Made by a program: the position numbers and the translations under genes. Positions 48,676 through 58,393 of a stretch of DNA of 64,000 nucleotides are shown one piece after another; position 1 is the stretch's first letter, and each line of letters starts with the position of its first letter. Source of the stretch: a bacterium (GTDB lineage: Bacteria; Hinthialibacterota; Hinthialibacteria; Hinthialibacterales; Hinthialibacteraceae); NCBI GenBank assembly GCA_963662285.2, contig CAXXMV010000001.1:800001-864000 (forward strand), written 5' to 3'. Under the pieces are notes generated by a model. The model did no database searches. It saw nothing but the letters and a program-made list of their open reading frames with translations, and was not told where the DNA came from.

Positions 48676-49665
48676 ATGATATATCGGCTTGGAATGATAG
48701 GTCTTTGGGATCATACATCATACACATTAGGACCATTGCCGGAAGTTAAGAACGTCAAACTAACCGCCTGTACATGCAGCGAACCAGGCCTTATCGAAAA
48801 ACACCGCAAAAATTTCCCCTATTTTGATGAATCGGTGAATATCTATACCGATTTTCATGAAATGCTCGAAAAAGAATCACTGGATATAGCCGTTATCCAT
48901 ACAACCCACGGTCTCCGGCCTGAAGCCATTATCGCCGCCGCTAAAGCAGGCGTGCACATATTTACCGAAAAACCAATGGCCACCAACCTGAAAGACCTGG
49001 AAAATATCAAAAAAGTTATCGAACAATCAGGCGTTAATTTGACTATGATGTTGAGCATGCGCGGCTATGGTATATACCGTAAAATACATGAGTTAGTACA
49101 TAAAGGCGTAATTGGGGAAGTGGTTCTGGCCACGGCTCAGAAATCGTATAAATTGGGGGATCGGCCTGACTGGATGAAAAACCGGGGAACCTTCGCCGGA
49201 ACCATCCCATACATCGCCTGCCATTCCCTCGACCTGATCCGTTGGACTACCGGACTGGAATTCGTCAAAGGCGCAGCATTTCATAATAATATCGGGCGAC
49301 CTGAAATTGGATTAATGGAAAACAGCGCTAATATGATTTTACTGGCGCAAAACGGGGCTACTATATCATCCCGGCTGGATTACTGCCGTCCCGAAATTGC
49401 ATCATCCTGGGGCGACGACCGCCTGCGCATCGCCGGGCTGGATGGCGTTGTAGAGGTAATGAATGACAAAATCACATTAATAACCAAACAGGAAAATATT
49501 CACGAAGTAAAATTCGATAAAGACATATCTCTATTCAAAAATTTTATAGGCGCTATCGAAGGTAGGGAAAAACTTATTGTTCCTATGGAGGATTGCTTCA
49601 GAATTACCGAAGTGGTTCTTAAACTACGCGACGCAGCCGATAGTGAAAGCATGACGACTCTTTAA
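48676..49665 (+). CDS. Gfo/Idh/MocA oxidoreductase
   Basis: LGMIG; HIFTEKP; HSLDLIRW; AGGAG RBS. Confidence 0.88.
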   Translation: MIYRLGMIGLWDHTSYTLGPLPEVKNVKLTACTCSEPGLIEKHRKNFPYFDESVNIYTDFHEMLEKESLDIAVIHTTHGLRPEAIIAAAKAGVHIFTEKPMATNLKDLENIKKVIEQSGVNLTMMLSMRGYGIYRKIHELVHKGVIGEVVLATAQKSYKLGDRPDWMKNRGTFAGTIPYIACHSLDLIRWTTGLEFVKGAAFHNNIGRPEIGLMENSANMILLAQNGATISSRLDYCRPEIASSWGDDRLRIAGLDGVVEVMNDKITLITKQENIHEVKFDKDISLFKNFIGAIEGREKLIVPMEDCFRITEVVLKLRDAADSESMTTL

Positions 49666-49671
49666 GAAATC

Positions 49672-49826
49672 GTAATAGGTCAGCCAATTGAAGTGCGTTA
49701 TCCCTCCCCCAAGCCTGGGGGAGGTTAGGTGGGGGTTGATTCGTCGAAACGCAACCCCCCTCTAATTCCCCCCAAACTTGGGGGGAGAATTCATACATAA
49801 ACGTTTTGTATAAAGCATAGTTATTA
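49672..49826. repeat. 155-bp REPIN/MITE-like element, copy 2
   Basis: Near-identical to 951-1105 and in the same orientation; ends TAATA...TATTA. Confidence 0.93.
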
Positions 49827-49884
49827 TGCTATTAATTCAATGGGATTGAACTGTCACAATAAACCTACAGGTAAACAGACATCA

Positions 49885-50844
49885 ATGAAAAAAGCACTAC
49901 TACGCAGCATCGGCATTGGCATATTCGCATATCTACTGATTTACGTCATCGATATATCAGAATTGGCGACGGTTCTGCGTTCGTTCAATTTATGGGCGTT
50001 AGTATATGTCCTCCCATTCCACTTTAGTTTATGGACATTACGCGTTTTGCGTTGGAAAATTCTGCTTAAAAACGAAGATATTAATCTTCCCTTTTTCGAT
50101 ATCCTGGCTATAGCGGCATCCGGTTTTTTTCTGGGCTGCATGACGCCGGGACGTTTAGGCGAATTCGCCAAAGTCAAGTTTTTGATGAACGCAGGTTATC
50201 CATTTCGCGGGGCCTTTATGTCATCACTGCTGGAACGTTTCCTTGATCTGGCGGCATTGTTTTTTTACGTGGTTTTCGCTGTAGTAGTATGCTGGACTGT
50301 ACTGCCAGACGCTTTGATCTTTTATCTGGTTATAGCGGCGCTTGGTTTCATTGGGCTGCTGACGACATATATTAAACGAAGAAGAATCAAAACCATCATC
50401 CTGCAATTGATCCCGGAAACAGTTTCGGGAAACGTTGAAGAGAAACTAAGCATTCTCAGTTATTCGATCAATGCAACACGCGGCAGTCAACGCTGGGGGC
50501 TGTTGGGATGCTCTATCGCCATGTGGGGATTAAACCATATAATCATATACCTGTTATTCCAGGGAGCGGGATTCACTCTACCACTGTATTACACCTTCGC
50601 TTTTTCAACCATTGGATCACTGGCATCATTGATCCCCATATCAATCTATGGCGTGGGCATCCGGGAATCGATAATGATCGCTATGCTGCCCCTAGTTGGC
50701 TACTCACCAACAGAAGCCAAAACAGCCGGTTTCATGTTTGGCTTTATGTTCGTTATCCTGCTTATATATCATACGTTATGGGGTTTTATATGGTGGATGA
50801 GTCCGATCATGCAGCGTTATTTTTCGAAAGAATCAACTCCGTGA
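49885..50844 (+). CDS. Lysylphosphatidylglycerol synthase TM-domain (flippase-like) protein
   Basis: RVLRW; TPGRLGE..K; ERFLD; IPISIYGVGIRE. Confidence 0.88.
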   Translation: MKKALLRSIGIGIFAYLLIYVIDISELATVLRSFNLWALVYVLPFHFSLWTLRVLRWKILLKNEDINLPFFDILAIAASGFFLGCMTPGRLGEFAKVKFLMNAGYPFRGAFMSSLLERFLDLAALFFYVVFAVVVCWTVLPDALIFYLVIAALGFIGLLTTYIKRRRIKTIILQLIPETVSGNVEEKLSILSYSINATRGSQRWGLLGCSIAMWGLNHIIIYLLFQGAGFTLPLYYTFAFSTIGSLASLIPISIYGVGIRESIMIAMLPLVGYSPTEAKTAGFMFGFMFVILLIYHTLWGFIWWMSPIMQRYFSKESTP

Positions 50845-52137
50845 CCGTTTATGCTGGCCAACCTCTCCCGATTGCACCAATGCGTATTTCATCAGTATCG
50901 GGCCAAGAATTTGATTAATGGCTATGCATGCGATAACCACTGTCTTCAAGTCGCTGGCCCAGATAAATTCATCCTGATGCAATAGAGCAACCAATCCCAA
51001 ACTGACCCCCGCTTGAGGAAGAAAAACCATCCAATATGAACGGGGAGAAGGTATTGCGAGTTTGCTGACGCGCGATGCAAACCAGGTGGAGAAGGCCACC
51101 ATAATCATCCGGAAACTGACTAGCAACAATGCTAAAGGCCACATTTTGGCTAAGGCGCCCAAGTTAAGAGAAGCCCCGGCAACGCAGAAGAATATCACAT
51201 AAATTATCAGCGATCCCTCTTCAATAGTCTCGATCAATTCAACGCCCTGGCTGGAAGCGTTAGTAACCCATATTCCAGCCGCAACGCAGACCAATAGTGG
51301 ATCGAGCTGAATCGAATGTGCTCCGATTGATATCAAGTAACAAAACGCCAAAAGAAATAGAATCGCATCCAAGCGAATTCGTGACAGATAATAGGAGATG
51401 CAGACGCCCGCCAATACGCCAAATAAAATAGAAAAAACTATCTCTTTTACTAAAGCGAATAGTTTTATCCATTCCCAAGCGTCCATCCCCTGCTCCATAA
51501 CGCCGACGGTCATCAGAACGCAAGTATACATAACAATGACGATGACATCTTTGACTACGGCAACGCCCAAAGCCAGATCGGTGCACATACCTGCGGATTT
51601 GGTTTCGGTGATTATGGCGATAGTGGTTGATGGAGACTGAGCGATGGCGATCACGCCAATGATCAATGCAACGCTCCACTGGGCAACATTGGAATAAGAG
51701 CCGAACCACGGGGTGAAAGTAATCAGCGCCCAGGTTGAGATAGTTCCCAGGGCGAAAAGCCATATTGTCTGACTGAGGGTTATGGAGACAATTCCTCTCC
51801 AACACTTTTTTATTGCTTCAAGACGCAGTTCTCCACCAGCAGTCAGAGCAATTAAGGTTAGAGCGATTTGGTCGATCAACTGGAAATCGGCGACCGAAGC
51901 ACGGGTAATCAATCCCCCTAGATAAGGTCCAATCAACATACCGCCGATCAGATAACCCGTGATTTTAGGTAATTTGATACTGGCAAGAATTTCCCCTAGA
52001 AGATAGCCCGTTAAAATAACGAAGCCTAATGAAAATGCATTGGCGCCATGCAGATTGGGCAGTTCACCAAAAGGATAGAGCCGCACAATCAGCACTAAAG
52101 CAATAATAAGAAAGAGAGCGCTTAAACGATTAATCAT
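50833..52137 (-). CDS. Cation:proton antiporter (Na+/H+ exchanger family), subunit 2
   Basis: LPKITGYL..G.LIGP; AGGEL; SPSTT; KDV; FF..AGA.L; PQAGV. Confidence 0.9.
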   Translation of the reverse strand: MINRLSALFLIIALVLIVRLYPFGELPNLHGANAFSLGFVILTGYLLGEILASIKLPKITGYLIGGMLIGPYLGGLITRASVADFQLIDQIALTLIALTAGGELRLEAIKKCWRGIVSITLSQTIWLFALGTISTWALITFTPWFGSYSNVAQWSVALIIGVIAIAQSPSTTIAIITETKSAGMCTDLALGVAVVKDVIVIVMYTCVLMTVGVMEQGMDAWEWIKLFALVKEIVFSILFGVLAGVCISYYLSRIRLDAILFLLAFCYLISIGAHSIQLDPLLVCVAAGIWVTNASSQGVELIETIEEGSLIIYVIFFCVAGASLNLGALAKMWPLALLLVSFRMIMVAFSTWFASRVSKLAIPSPRSYWMVFLPQAGVSLGLVALLHQDEFIWASDLKTVVIACIAINQILGPILMKYALVQSGEVGQHKRSRS

Positions 52138-53528
52138 AAAACCGGCTCCTCTACTGATTGGCGAGAATTTGTGGAAGAACCGTTTTTGTCAACGTCATTA
52201 GGTCGAGGCTTGACATCTCCGTATGATTTCAACACGGATGTCAGTAAATATGGACCAATCAACTGCTGGATCAACACGGCGAGAATCACGACGCCTATAG
52301 CGGTTTCACCAATAGCGCCGGGATGAATCAATGCAAAATCTACTACCATTGCCAGCGCCACGCCGCCTTGAGGAAGCATCGCCCAGCCCAGCCTGCCTTT
52401 GGTGCGTTGTTTGGGTTCTAATAACCAGTCCACTGCAATCCAACTTCCCAGCCAAAAACCTCCTAACCTGGCGACGCAATAAACCATGGTTAAAAGTAAA
52501 ACGGTTGGAGTAATAGGAGGCCACATGGCGCCTACCAAAATCATGAAGATTACAAAAAAAGGCTTTTCTGTTTCCAGCATGCGTGAGGTAATTCTGCTTC
52601 GAGCAAAGTTTGGCAGATTGACCAGGGTAATACCCATAATCATATTGACGAACAACGGAGAAAGCCGCAGGTATGAAGATAAACCACCAGAGAAGATTAC
52701 CGCCCCGGCCAGCAATAACAACATCTCATTATTGCCCAACCGGTGATTGGTTAAATAATGGAGCAGCCATCCTAATATATAGCCCAGCAGTAAAGTTAAT
52801 CCCAACCACTCAAAACCACTCATAATGTGTACTATGGGAGTTGCGATTGGGTTGAAGACGCCAATATCAGAAACGGAGGAAGACGCCCCGGATAGAATAC
52901 CAACATAACCAATGGATGTGGGATGATTAAAACAATACCAGATTCCCATAGCCAACACAGCAATTGGCGAACGGATCTCAGTCAAAAGTTGAAGCAATTT
53001 GGTAATATCGCCTTTAGCATCCAAGTCGCGCTTCAATAAAGCCAATGCTGAATATGTAGAAACAGCCGCGATGCAACCCAGCAGGAAAGCAAGATCAGAT
53101 ATTCCCACACGCCTTCCTTGAGAGGCGATTCCATTCGAGATAAATCCTATCCCGAATAAATGCAAAAACCATGGTGTTGAAATCAAGATAAATCCATAAC
53201 AGACGACAAAGGTGATAATGGATATAATCGCTCCCACCATCCATACTTTCAATGGAATACGCGCAATCACCTTTTTGTCAAATTGCAATCCGATCAGCAG
53301 ACCTATCCATCCCAGGCATAGACTTATAACCGGGGATAACTGCCGTAATGCGTCATGATTCAATACATTTGATACAGAAGGACCAGCCAGTAAACCAATA
53401 ATAAGGAATTCGGTTCCCGCCAAAAATAAATATTGCGTTCCCAAAGAGAAACGTTCGCGGAACAAGGTCAACCTCGACGCGGAGAAGCCAATCAATAAAA
53501 GAATAACAAAACCGAGAACAACATTCAT
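52134..53528 (-). CDS. Divergent cation:proton antiporter-like membrane protein, subunit 1
   Basis: About 12 TM segments; G.L.GP; LGWIGLLIGLQ; SPLFVNM; PQGGVALA; 4-bp overlap with the next gene. Confidence 0.82.
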   Translation of the reverse strand: MNVVLGFVILLLIGFSASRLTLFRERFSLGTQYLFLAGTEFLIIGLLAGPSVSNVLNHDALRQLSPVISLCLGWIGLLIGLQFDKKVIARIPLKVWMVGAIISIITFVVCYGFILISTPWFLHLFGIGFISNGIASQGRRVGISDLAFLLGCIAAVSTYSALALLKRDLDAKGDITKLLQLLTEIRSPIAVLAMGIWYCFNHPTSIGYVGILSGASSSVSDIGVFNPIATPIVHIMSGFEWLGLTLLLGYILGWLLHYLTNHRLGNNEMLLLLAGAVIFSGGLSSYLRLSPLFVNMIMGITLVNLPNFARSRITSRMLETEKPFFVIFMILVGAMWPPITPTVLLLTMVYCVARLGGFWLGSWIAVDWLLEPKQRTKGRLGWAMLPQGGVALAMVVDFALIHPGAIGETAIGVVILAVLIQQLIGPYLLTSVLKSYGDVKPRPNDVDKNGSSTNSRQSVEEPVL

Positions 53529-53670
53529 TTATATTTCTCAAAGTTATTATTTATTAATAGTTTATCTAATAATATTAATAAATTACGTAGATTTTCATTA
53601 AATTAATGTAGTAGGCGAATTATTTGGATTTCAGCATAATAATGCATGTAAGTTTAATTATATGGAAGGA

Positions 53671-53997
53671 TCATCGAGAGAGTATAAAATCAACCGGAAC
53701 GGTAAAAAGTTTTCCTACGCTGGGATCAGTAAGATCAATATCCAAGTCTCGGAGGACATTCAACAACCTATCAACGATTTCTTTGCCAGGTATAAGCGCG
53801 AAAATATTTTTGTTGAAATCACGCGATCCACGAGTAGATTGCAATAATCCGGCAAATATAGGGACGTCTTTAGCCAGGACGCGCTCCATGGCTACGCCAT
53901 CAATAACCGTTGCATTGACAATTTCCAATTCAACCAATTCCGCGAGTATATCATCAAGAAATTCTTCCTGATTTAATATAATTACAAGAAGTTGCAT
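53671..53997 (-). CDS. PII-like (GlnB-fold) protein
   Basis: 108 aa; MQLLVIILN..E.LD.IL..L....I..AT..DG.....K.I......G.LFTVPV matches the PII beta-alpha-beta pattern and the C-terminal G..F..PV. Confidence 0.75.
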   Translation of the reverse strand: MQLLVIILNQEEFLDDILAELVELEIVNATVIDGVAMERVLAKDVPIFAGLLQSTRGSRDFNKNIFALIPGKEIVDRLLNVLRDLDIDLTDPSVGKLFTVPVDFILSR

Positions 53998-54119
53998 AGA
54001 AATAACCAAAAATCAAAATTCTTATTTAGAAACATAAAAACGATTTTTACATAATAAATCAAAAATTAATTGGAAACAGAATTATTCTTATCTCCCTCAT
54101 ATTCGGATAGATAAGGTAA

Positions 54120-54578
54120 TCATATTTCTTCACGGGACTTAATTAACGAAAGGATATCTTCAGCTGATTCAGATTTTAGTACTTGATTACGAAAATCAGC
54201 TTTCCGGAAGAAACGGGATATTTTACTGAGGATACTTAAGAAAGAAGTTTGCAATCGCGGCTCTCCCGCCAGCATGAATATTAAATTCACTGGTTGCCCG
54301 TCAAGCGAATCAAAATCAACGCCTTGAGAACATATACCAAGGCTCAAAACTAATCCCTGAACTCCCTTAGCAGTAGCATGTGGAATAGCAATTCCCTGAC
54401 CGATGCCCGTGGTTTGGATATTCTCACGCGCAAGAAGAGCCTCTACCAATGCATCAATATCAGCCACATTACAGCTTTGAGCGGCGAGTTGCGCCATTTC
54501 AGACATGACGCTCGGTTTAGATTGACCTTGGATATCTAGCGATATACAGTTAACCGAAAGAATTTCAGACAGATTCAT
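54120..54578 (-). CDS. PTS EIIA (Ntr/fructose-type) domain protein
   Basis: RE....TGIG.GIAIPHA (phospho-His); GVDFDSLDGQPV.LIF; ATG 54578 preferred over the longer ORF call. Confidence 0.93.
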   Translation of the reverse strand: MNLSEILSVNCISLDIQGQSKPSVMSEMAQLAAQSCNVADIDALVEALLARENIQTTGIGQGIAIPHATAKGVQGLVLSLGICSQGVDFDSLDGQPVNLIFMLAGEPRLQTSFLSILSKISRFFRKADFRNQVLKSESAEDILSLIKSREEI

Positions 54579-54913
54579 GTAGTATATTCCTATCATCCAA
54601 GACTTTTGAATATTATACAAAAAGGAGAACGAGTAACAATACTTGTGCATAAACGTTTTAAAAATAATCTGAAAAATATTGTAAAAATTCGTTAAAATTT
54701 TCTTTTTAAAATCCTGTAAAACTTGCCTTTTTGGGATAAAAAGCACTTATTTGCAAGCATATTTTCGCGAATCGATCTAACAAAAAAAAGTATCCGCGAT
54801 ATATTTCAAACCAGACAATTATATGAGAATCAGATTAAATTCATAAAAAGCAAAATAATGCTTGATTTTTGCCGTATGTTTAATGACAATATTATATATA
54901 GAGGAAATTGAAG

Positions 54914-55342
54914 ATGAGCAAATTTTGGAAATCATTAGTAATACTAATTGTTTTATTTATTGGAGTAAATATTGCCAAAAAAGTCATCAACATCACCAAA
55001 ACAGCATTGACATCATCCGATGGCAAATACGATGTCATTGATGGCATGGTTGGCAAGGTTGGCGTCGATAAGTTTTTGGAGATAAAAGAAAAACGGGATA
55101 CTTTCAACCTTCCAGCATTTAAAACTGGATTAATGATGTTCCAAACTCAGCATGGACGGCTTCCAAAAGATATGGCTGAATTAGAAAACGCAGGAGATGT
55201 TGGATCAGAAGTAACCCGAGACCGCTTCGGGAATCAGTTTCATATGCAGATAATGAACAACAAATCAGTAATTCTGATGAGCGCAGGTAAAGATAAGATT
55301 AAAGGAACAACAGACGATTTGAAATATAATATCTCATTGTAG
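54914..55342 (+). CDS. Membrane-anchored protein with a GspG-like C-terminal domain
   Basis: GAGGA RBS; N-terminal TM; GRLP..M.EL, DRFGN.F and MSAGKDKIKGTTDDL. Confidence 0.7.
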   Translation: MSKFWKSLVILIVLFIGVNIAKKVINITKTALTSSDGKYDVIDGMVGKVGVDKFLEIKEKRDTFNLPAFKTGLMMFQTQHGRLPKDMAELENAGDVGSEVTRDRFGNQFHMQIMNNKSVILMSAGKDKIKGTTDDLKYNISL

Positions 55343-55417
55343 AGATGAGCCATATATTTATTATTCGTTTTTGTAATTAGACTAAAGGTCAATAGGCCCC
55401 GAACGGAGGACCTAGTC

Positions 55418-56020
55418 ATGGAAACGATCCTTCATGAAGAAGAACAAATTTCGCTGTTGGGGAAGATGCTGTATTATTCAGCAAAAAATCTAACATCCCG
55501 CGAACGTGAAATCTATGATCATCTTGTCGAATCTTTGCTGCGTAAAGTTCACAAAAAACGTGAGGTCGAACAACGACATCACTCCAGCGATCACTATTTA
55601 CTTAACGCCCAGCATGAAGCGATTAAGAATTCGATTCGCAACAAAAGCCCGGAAGATATTTGCCGCATGTTTGTTGAAGCCTGGAACAAGCAAGATTTCG
55701 AGACGGAATTTTTCTGCTTGGCGAATTGCTTTCCTATGAGGAAAAAGAAAACCAACGATGTCAATGAATATGTGCTGCAACGTATGGGGAAATATCAAGA
55801 CCGGAAAAATGTCGGTCCAATCATCAAAAAAGCCCTTGATATCACATCATCACAAACCCAAGGCAACAAGATATCAATCTACTGCATAGAACTCCATAAG
55901 ATGCCGAATAGAGACTTGACGCTTCACCGTGAATACGAGTTCTTGTATGAGAATAATGCCTGGCGAATCGCCGATTATGAAACAATAAAAAGCCATGAAA
56001 TCGCTTCTGAACGGAAGTGA
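55418..56020 (+). CDS. Hypothetical protein (C-terminal NTF2/DUF4878-like pattern)
   Basis: GGAGG RBS; SPEDICRMFVEAWNKQDF ... ENNAWRI. Confidence 0.65.
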   Translation: METILHEEEQISLLGKMLYYSAKNLTSREREIYDHLVESLLRKVHKKREVEQRHHSSDHYLLNAQHEAIKNSIRNKSPEDICRMFVEAWNKQDFETEFFCLANCFPMRKKKTNDVNEYVLQRMGKYQDRKNVGPIIKKALDITSSQTQGNKISIYCIELHKMPNRDLTLHREYEFLYENNAWRIADYETIKSHEIASERK

Positions 56021-56329
56021 TTTCATGCATATTGCCTTCTAAACAAAAATACGCCTGTTCATTTTTCAACACTTAATTGATATTTTTTGTCTCATTTTTA
56101 AAAAAAATTTATTAATTTGACTCTATCTTGTATGTTTATATCTTCCCGAAATACTCTTCACACTCAAAAGAACCATTCAAAAAGCCATTAATCATAAATT
56201 AATGCCATTTTATTTTTTTTGAGATATCGTTACAAAACATGAAATATTACGTATTGAATGAACGTTTGATTATAAAGCGAATGATTATTCAAAAAATAAA
56301 TCGCAGGAATTTCAAGAACCTAATTGATT

Positions 56330-56345
56330 AGGAACAAGAATTGCA
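56330..56345 (+). promoter_or_regulatory. Sigma-54 (-24/-12) promoter
   Basis: AGGAAC-AAGAA-TTGCA gives GG-N10-GC with TTGC, about 105 nt before ATG 56449, after a long AT-rich spacer. Confidence 0.6.
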
Positions 56346-56448
56346 GTAGAGTTTACTGCAAGGAATCCTGCAGAAGACATTACATCTATGTCCTTGCAAC
56401 AAAAAAAAGTCCGTTTTTAAGATATAATATCATTTTTGAGGGATTATA

Positions 56449-57309
56449 ATGACTATGTGGTTGGAACGTCTTCGTCGTAAATCTCCTTCGATAAATAAGG
56501 AGATATTGGGAAAGAGGTATATTCAGACATCCTCAATCCTACTAATTCTTATCTTCCTGACTACCGTTGGTTTTGCAGGCGGGTCAATCTATTGGATAGT
56601 TAAAAAGGATAACGAATTAGAAAAATCCCGCCGCATCGAATTAGAACTACGCAACAACATCAAAGAGAGAGATTACGTTATTCAGCAATTTCGCCAGCGA
56701 ATTCAACAACTGGAAAGGCGCGTTGAAATCTTAGACGCCATACAGGAATTAAGCGCTAATAACGTATCAAAAGAAGACCAACTCAAAATTGCAAAACAGG
56801 TTGATGAAACCTGTTCAAAATATGGCCAGAATCCTTTTTTGATTTTAGCTATTATGTCTACCGAATCATCTATTCAACCCTGGGCTGCTTCTAGCAAAGG
56901 CGCCAGCGGCTTGATGCAGATTATGCCCAGCACTGGTCGCTATCTATCCAAACAGGTAAAAGAATCACCACAGTTAATCGGCGTCAAAGAGGATGAAGAA
57001 TTCGACGTTCCTCATTACCGCAATATCAATGGCAATATCGAATTGGGAACGCTTTACCTGACCCAGTTAATGCTCAAATATAAAAGCCTGGAATACGCCA
57101 TTTACGCCTACAACCTGGGGCCTGGACTCTTTGAAAAACGGCGTGAAACAAGTGGACCTTATCCCAGAAAATATCTGGCTAAAATAATGAAACGATACGC
57201 CAAATTAGCTTCTGATCATAATTTTGAAGATAATCAAGTCGCTGCTTCACTTTACACCTCCAACGATATTAATAAGCTTCTGGTTTTAGCCAATATTCCT
57301 ACCTATTAA
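56449..57309 (+). CDS. Membrane-anchored lytic transglycosylase (SLT) with coiled coil
   Basis: TM segment and coiled coil; AIMSTESS (catalytic Glu), GASGLMQIMP, AYNLGP. Confidence 0.93.
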   Translation: MTMWLERLRRKSPSINKEILGKRYIQTSSILLILIFLTTVGFAGGSIYWIVKKDNELEKSRRIELELRNNIKERDYVIQQFRQRIQQLERRVEILDAIQELSANNVSKEDQLKIAKQVDETCSKYGQNPFLILAIMSTESSIQPWAASSKGASGLMQIMPSTGRYLSKQVKESPQLIGVKEDEEFDVPHYRNINGNIELGTLYLTQLMLKYKSLEYAIYAYNLGPGLFEKRRETSGPYPRKYLAKIMKRYAKLASDHNFEDNQVAASLYTSNDINKLLVLANIPTY

Positions 57310-57430
57310 ATTAAGATATGCTATGATTCTTTATTCTCAGAGCATAAATCATTAATTTACCTGTTTATAACGCATCAATACAAATTTATACCGGTGGCTT
57401 TTTAGAACTATTTAAGAAAAATCGCTCTAT

Positions 57431-58282
57431 ATGAAGAATGAAATTGATATGAAACCTCAGGAATCAAACACTTTATGGACAGAGGACTTGGCTTTCGGCA
57501 TCCCTGTGATTGACCGTGATCATAAAATGCTGATTGAATTTATGCAAGATTTTTTAGAGAATATAAAAGAGGACTATAGTCTGAATAAATTGCAAACCAC
57601 CTTATCTTTTCTAAAAGATTATACCAATATGCATTTTGAACACGAAGAAGCGCTTATGAAGGATATTGAGTATGAGGATTTCGAGAAACATCAAGTTATG
57701 CATATCAAATTTTGTTATAACATCGAGAAAATAGAAGGAGAATTTGTTCCCGGATTCGATATAAAAAAGTCGTTATCACAGACCCGTTTCCTGCTATACA
57801 CTTGGTATACCAATCATATTAAAAATACCGACCGGCAATATGTCGCTTTGTTTAAACAAAAGCGCGGCGAGCATTCAAAACCTGGATCATACAAACTATG
57901 GGATAACAGCATGTTGATCGGAATTCCCGAAATCGACCGGGAGCACAAAGCCCTGGTTGAGACTGTTGAAGACTTGATTAACGCCGTTTCCCAGAAAAAA
58001 CATTATACCGAAACACTAGTCAGACGCACGATCCAGTTCCTGAAGAATTATACCAAACTTCATTTTAACCACGAAGAACTTTATCTCGAAGAACGGAAAT
58101 ACCTTGATTTACCGGATCATAAAATTCTGCATCAAATATTCACCAATAACATTAAAGAGATCGGCGTTCAACTGGAATTGCATCCCCATTCAAAAGAGAC
58201 GCTGACATCCATCCAATCACTGTTGCTAAAGTGGTTCTTAGATCATATCTGCGATGAAGACCAGAAATACGCCCTGATCTAG
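57431..58282 (+). CDS. Tandem bacteriohemerythrin (two domains)
   Basis: Two complete sets of ID..H, HF.HEE, H...H and HI...D..Y ligands. Confidence 0.93.
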   Translation: MKNEIDMKPQESNTLWTEDLAFGIPVIDRDHKMLIEFMQDFLENIKEDYSLNKLQTTLSFLKDYTNMHFEHEEALMKDIEYEDFEKHQVMHIKFCYNIEKIEGEFVPGFDIKKSLSQTRFLLYTWYTNHIKNTDRQYVALFKQKRGEHSKPGSYKLWDNSMLIGIPEIDREHKALVETVEDLINAVSQKKHYTETLVRRTIQFLKNYTKLHFNHEELYLEERKYLDLPDHKILHQIFTNNIKEIGVQLELHPHSKETLTSIQSLLLKWFLDHICDEDQKYALI

Positions 58283-58393
58283 AGTTATTGCCTAACAACA
58301 TTCTGATTCGAAATACGGAAAATCAATAAAAGAATGGCTTTTCCATAGACCGAATGTGATCATAAACCTATAAAATATTATAACCACTCTAGT

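Noticed and set aside
50833-50844. 12-nt 3' overlap of convergent genes
   Set aside because: Short convergent overlaps are common, and there is no evidence for antisense regulation.
54579-54911. N-terminal extension of the EIIA ORF and the 62-aa ORF at 54723
   Set aside because: AT-rich divergent promoter region; the EIIA domain begins at ATG 54578.
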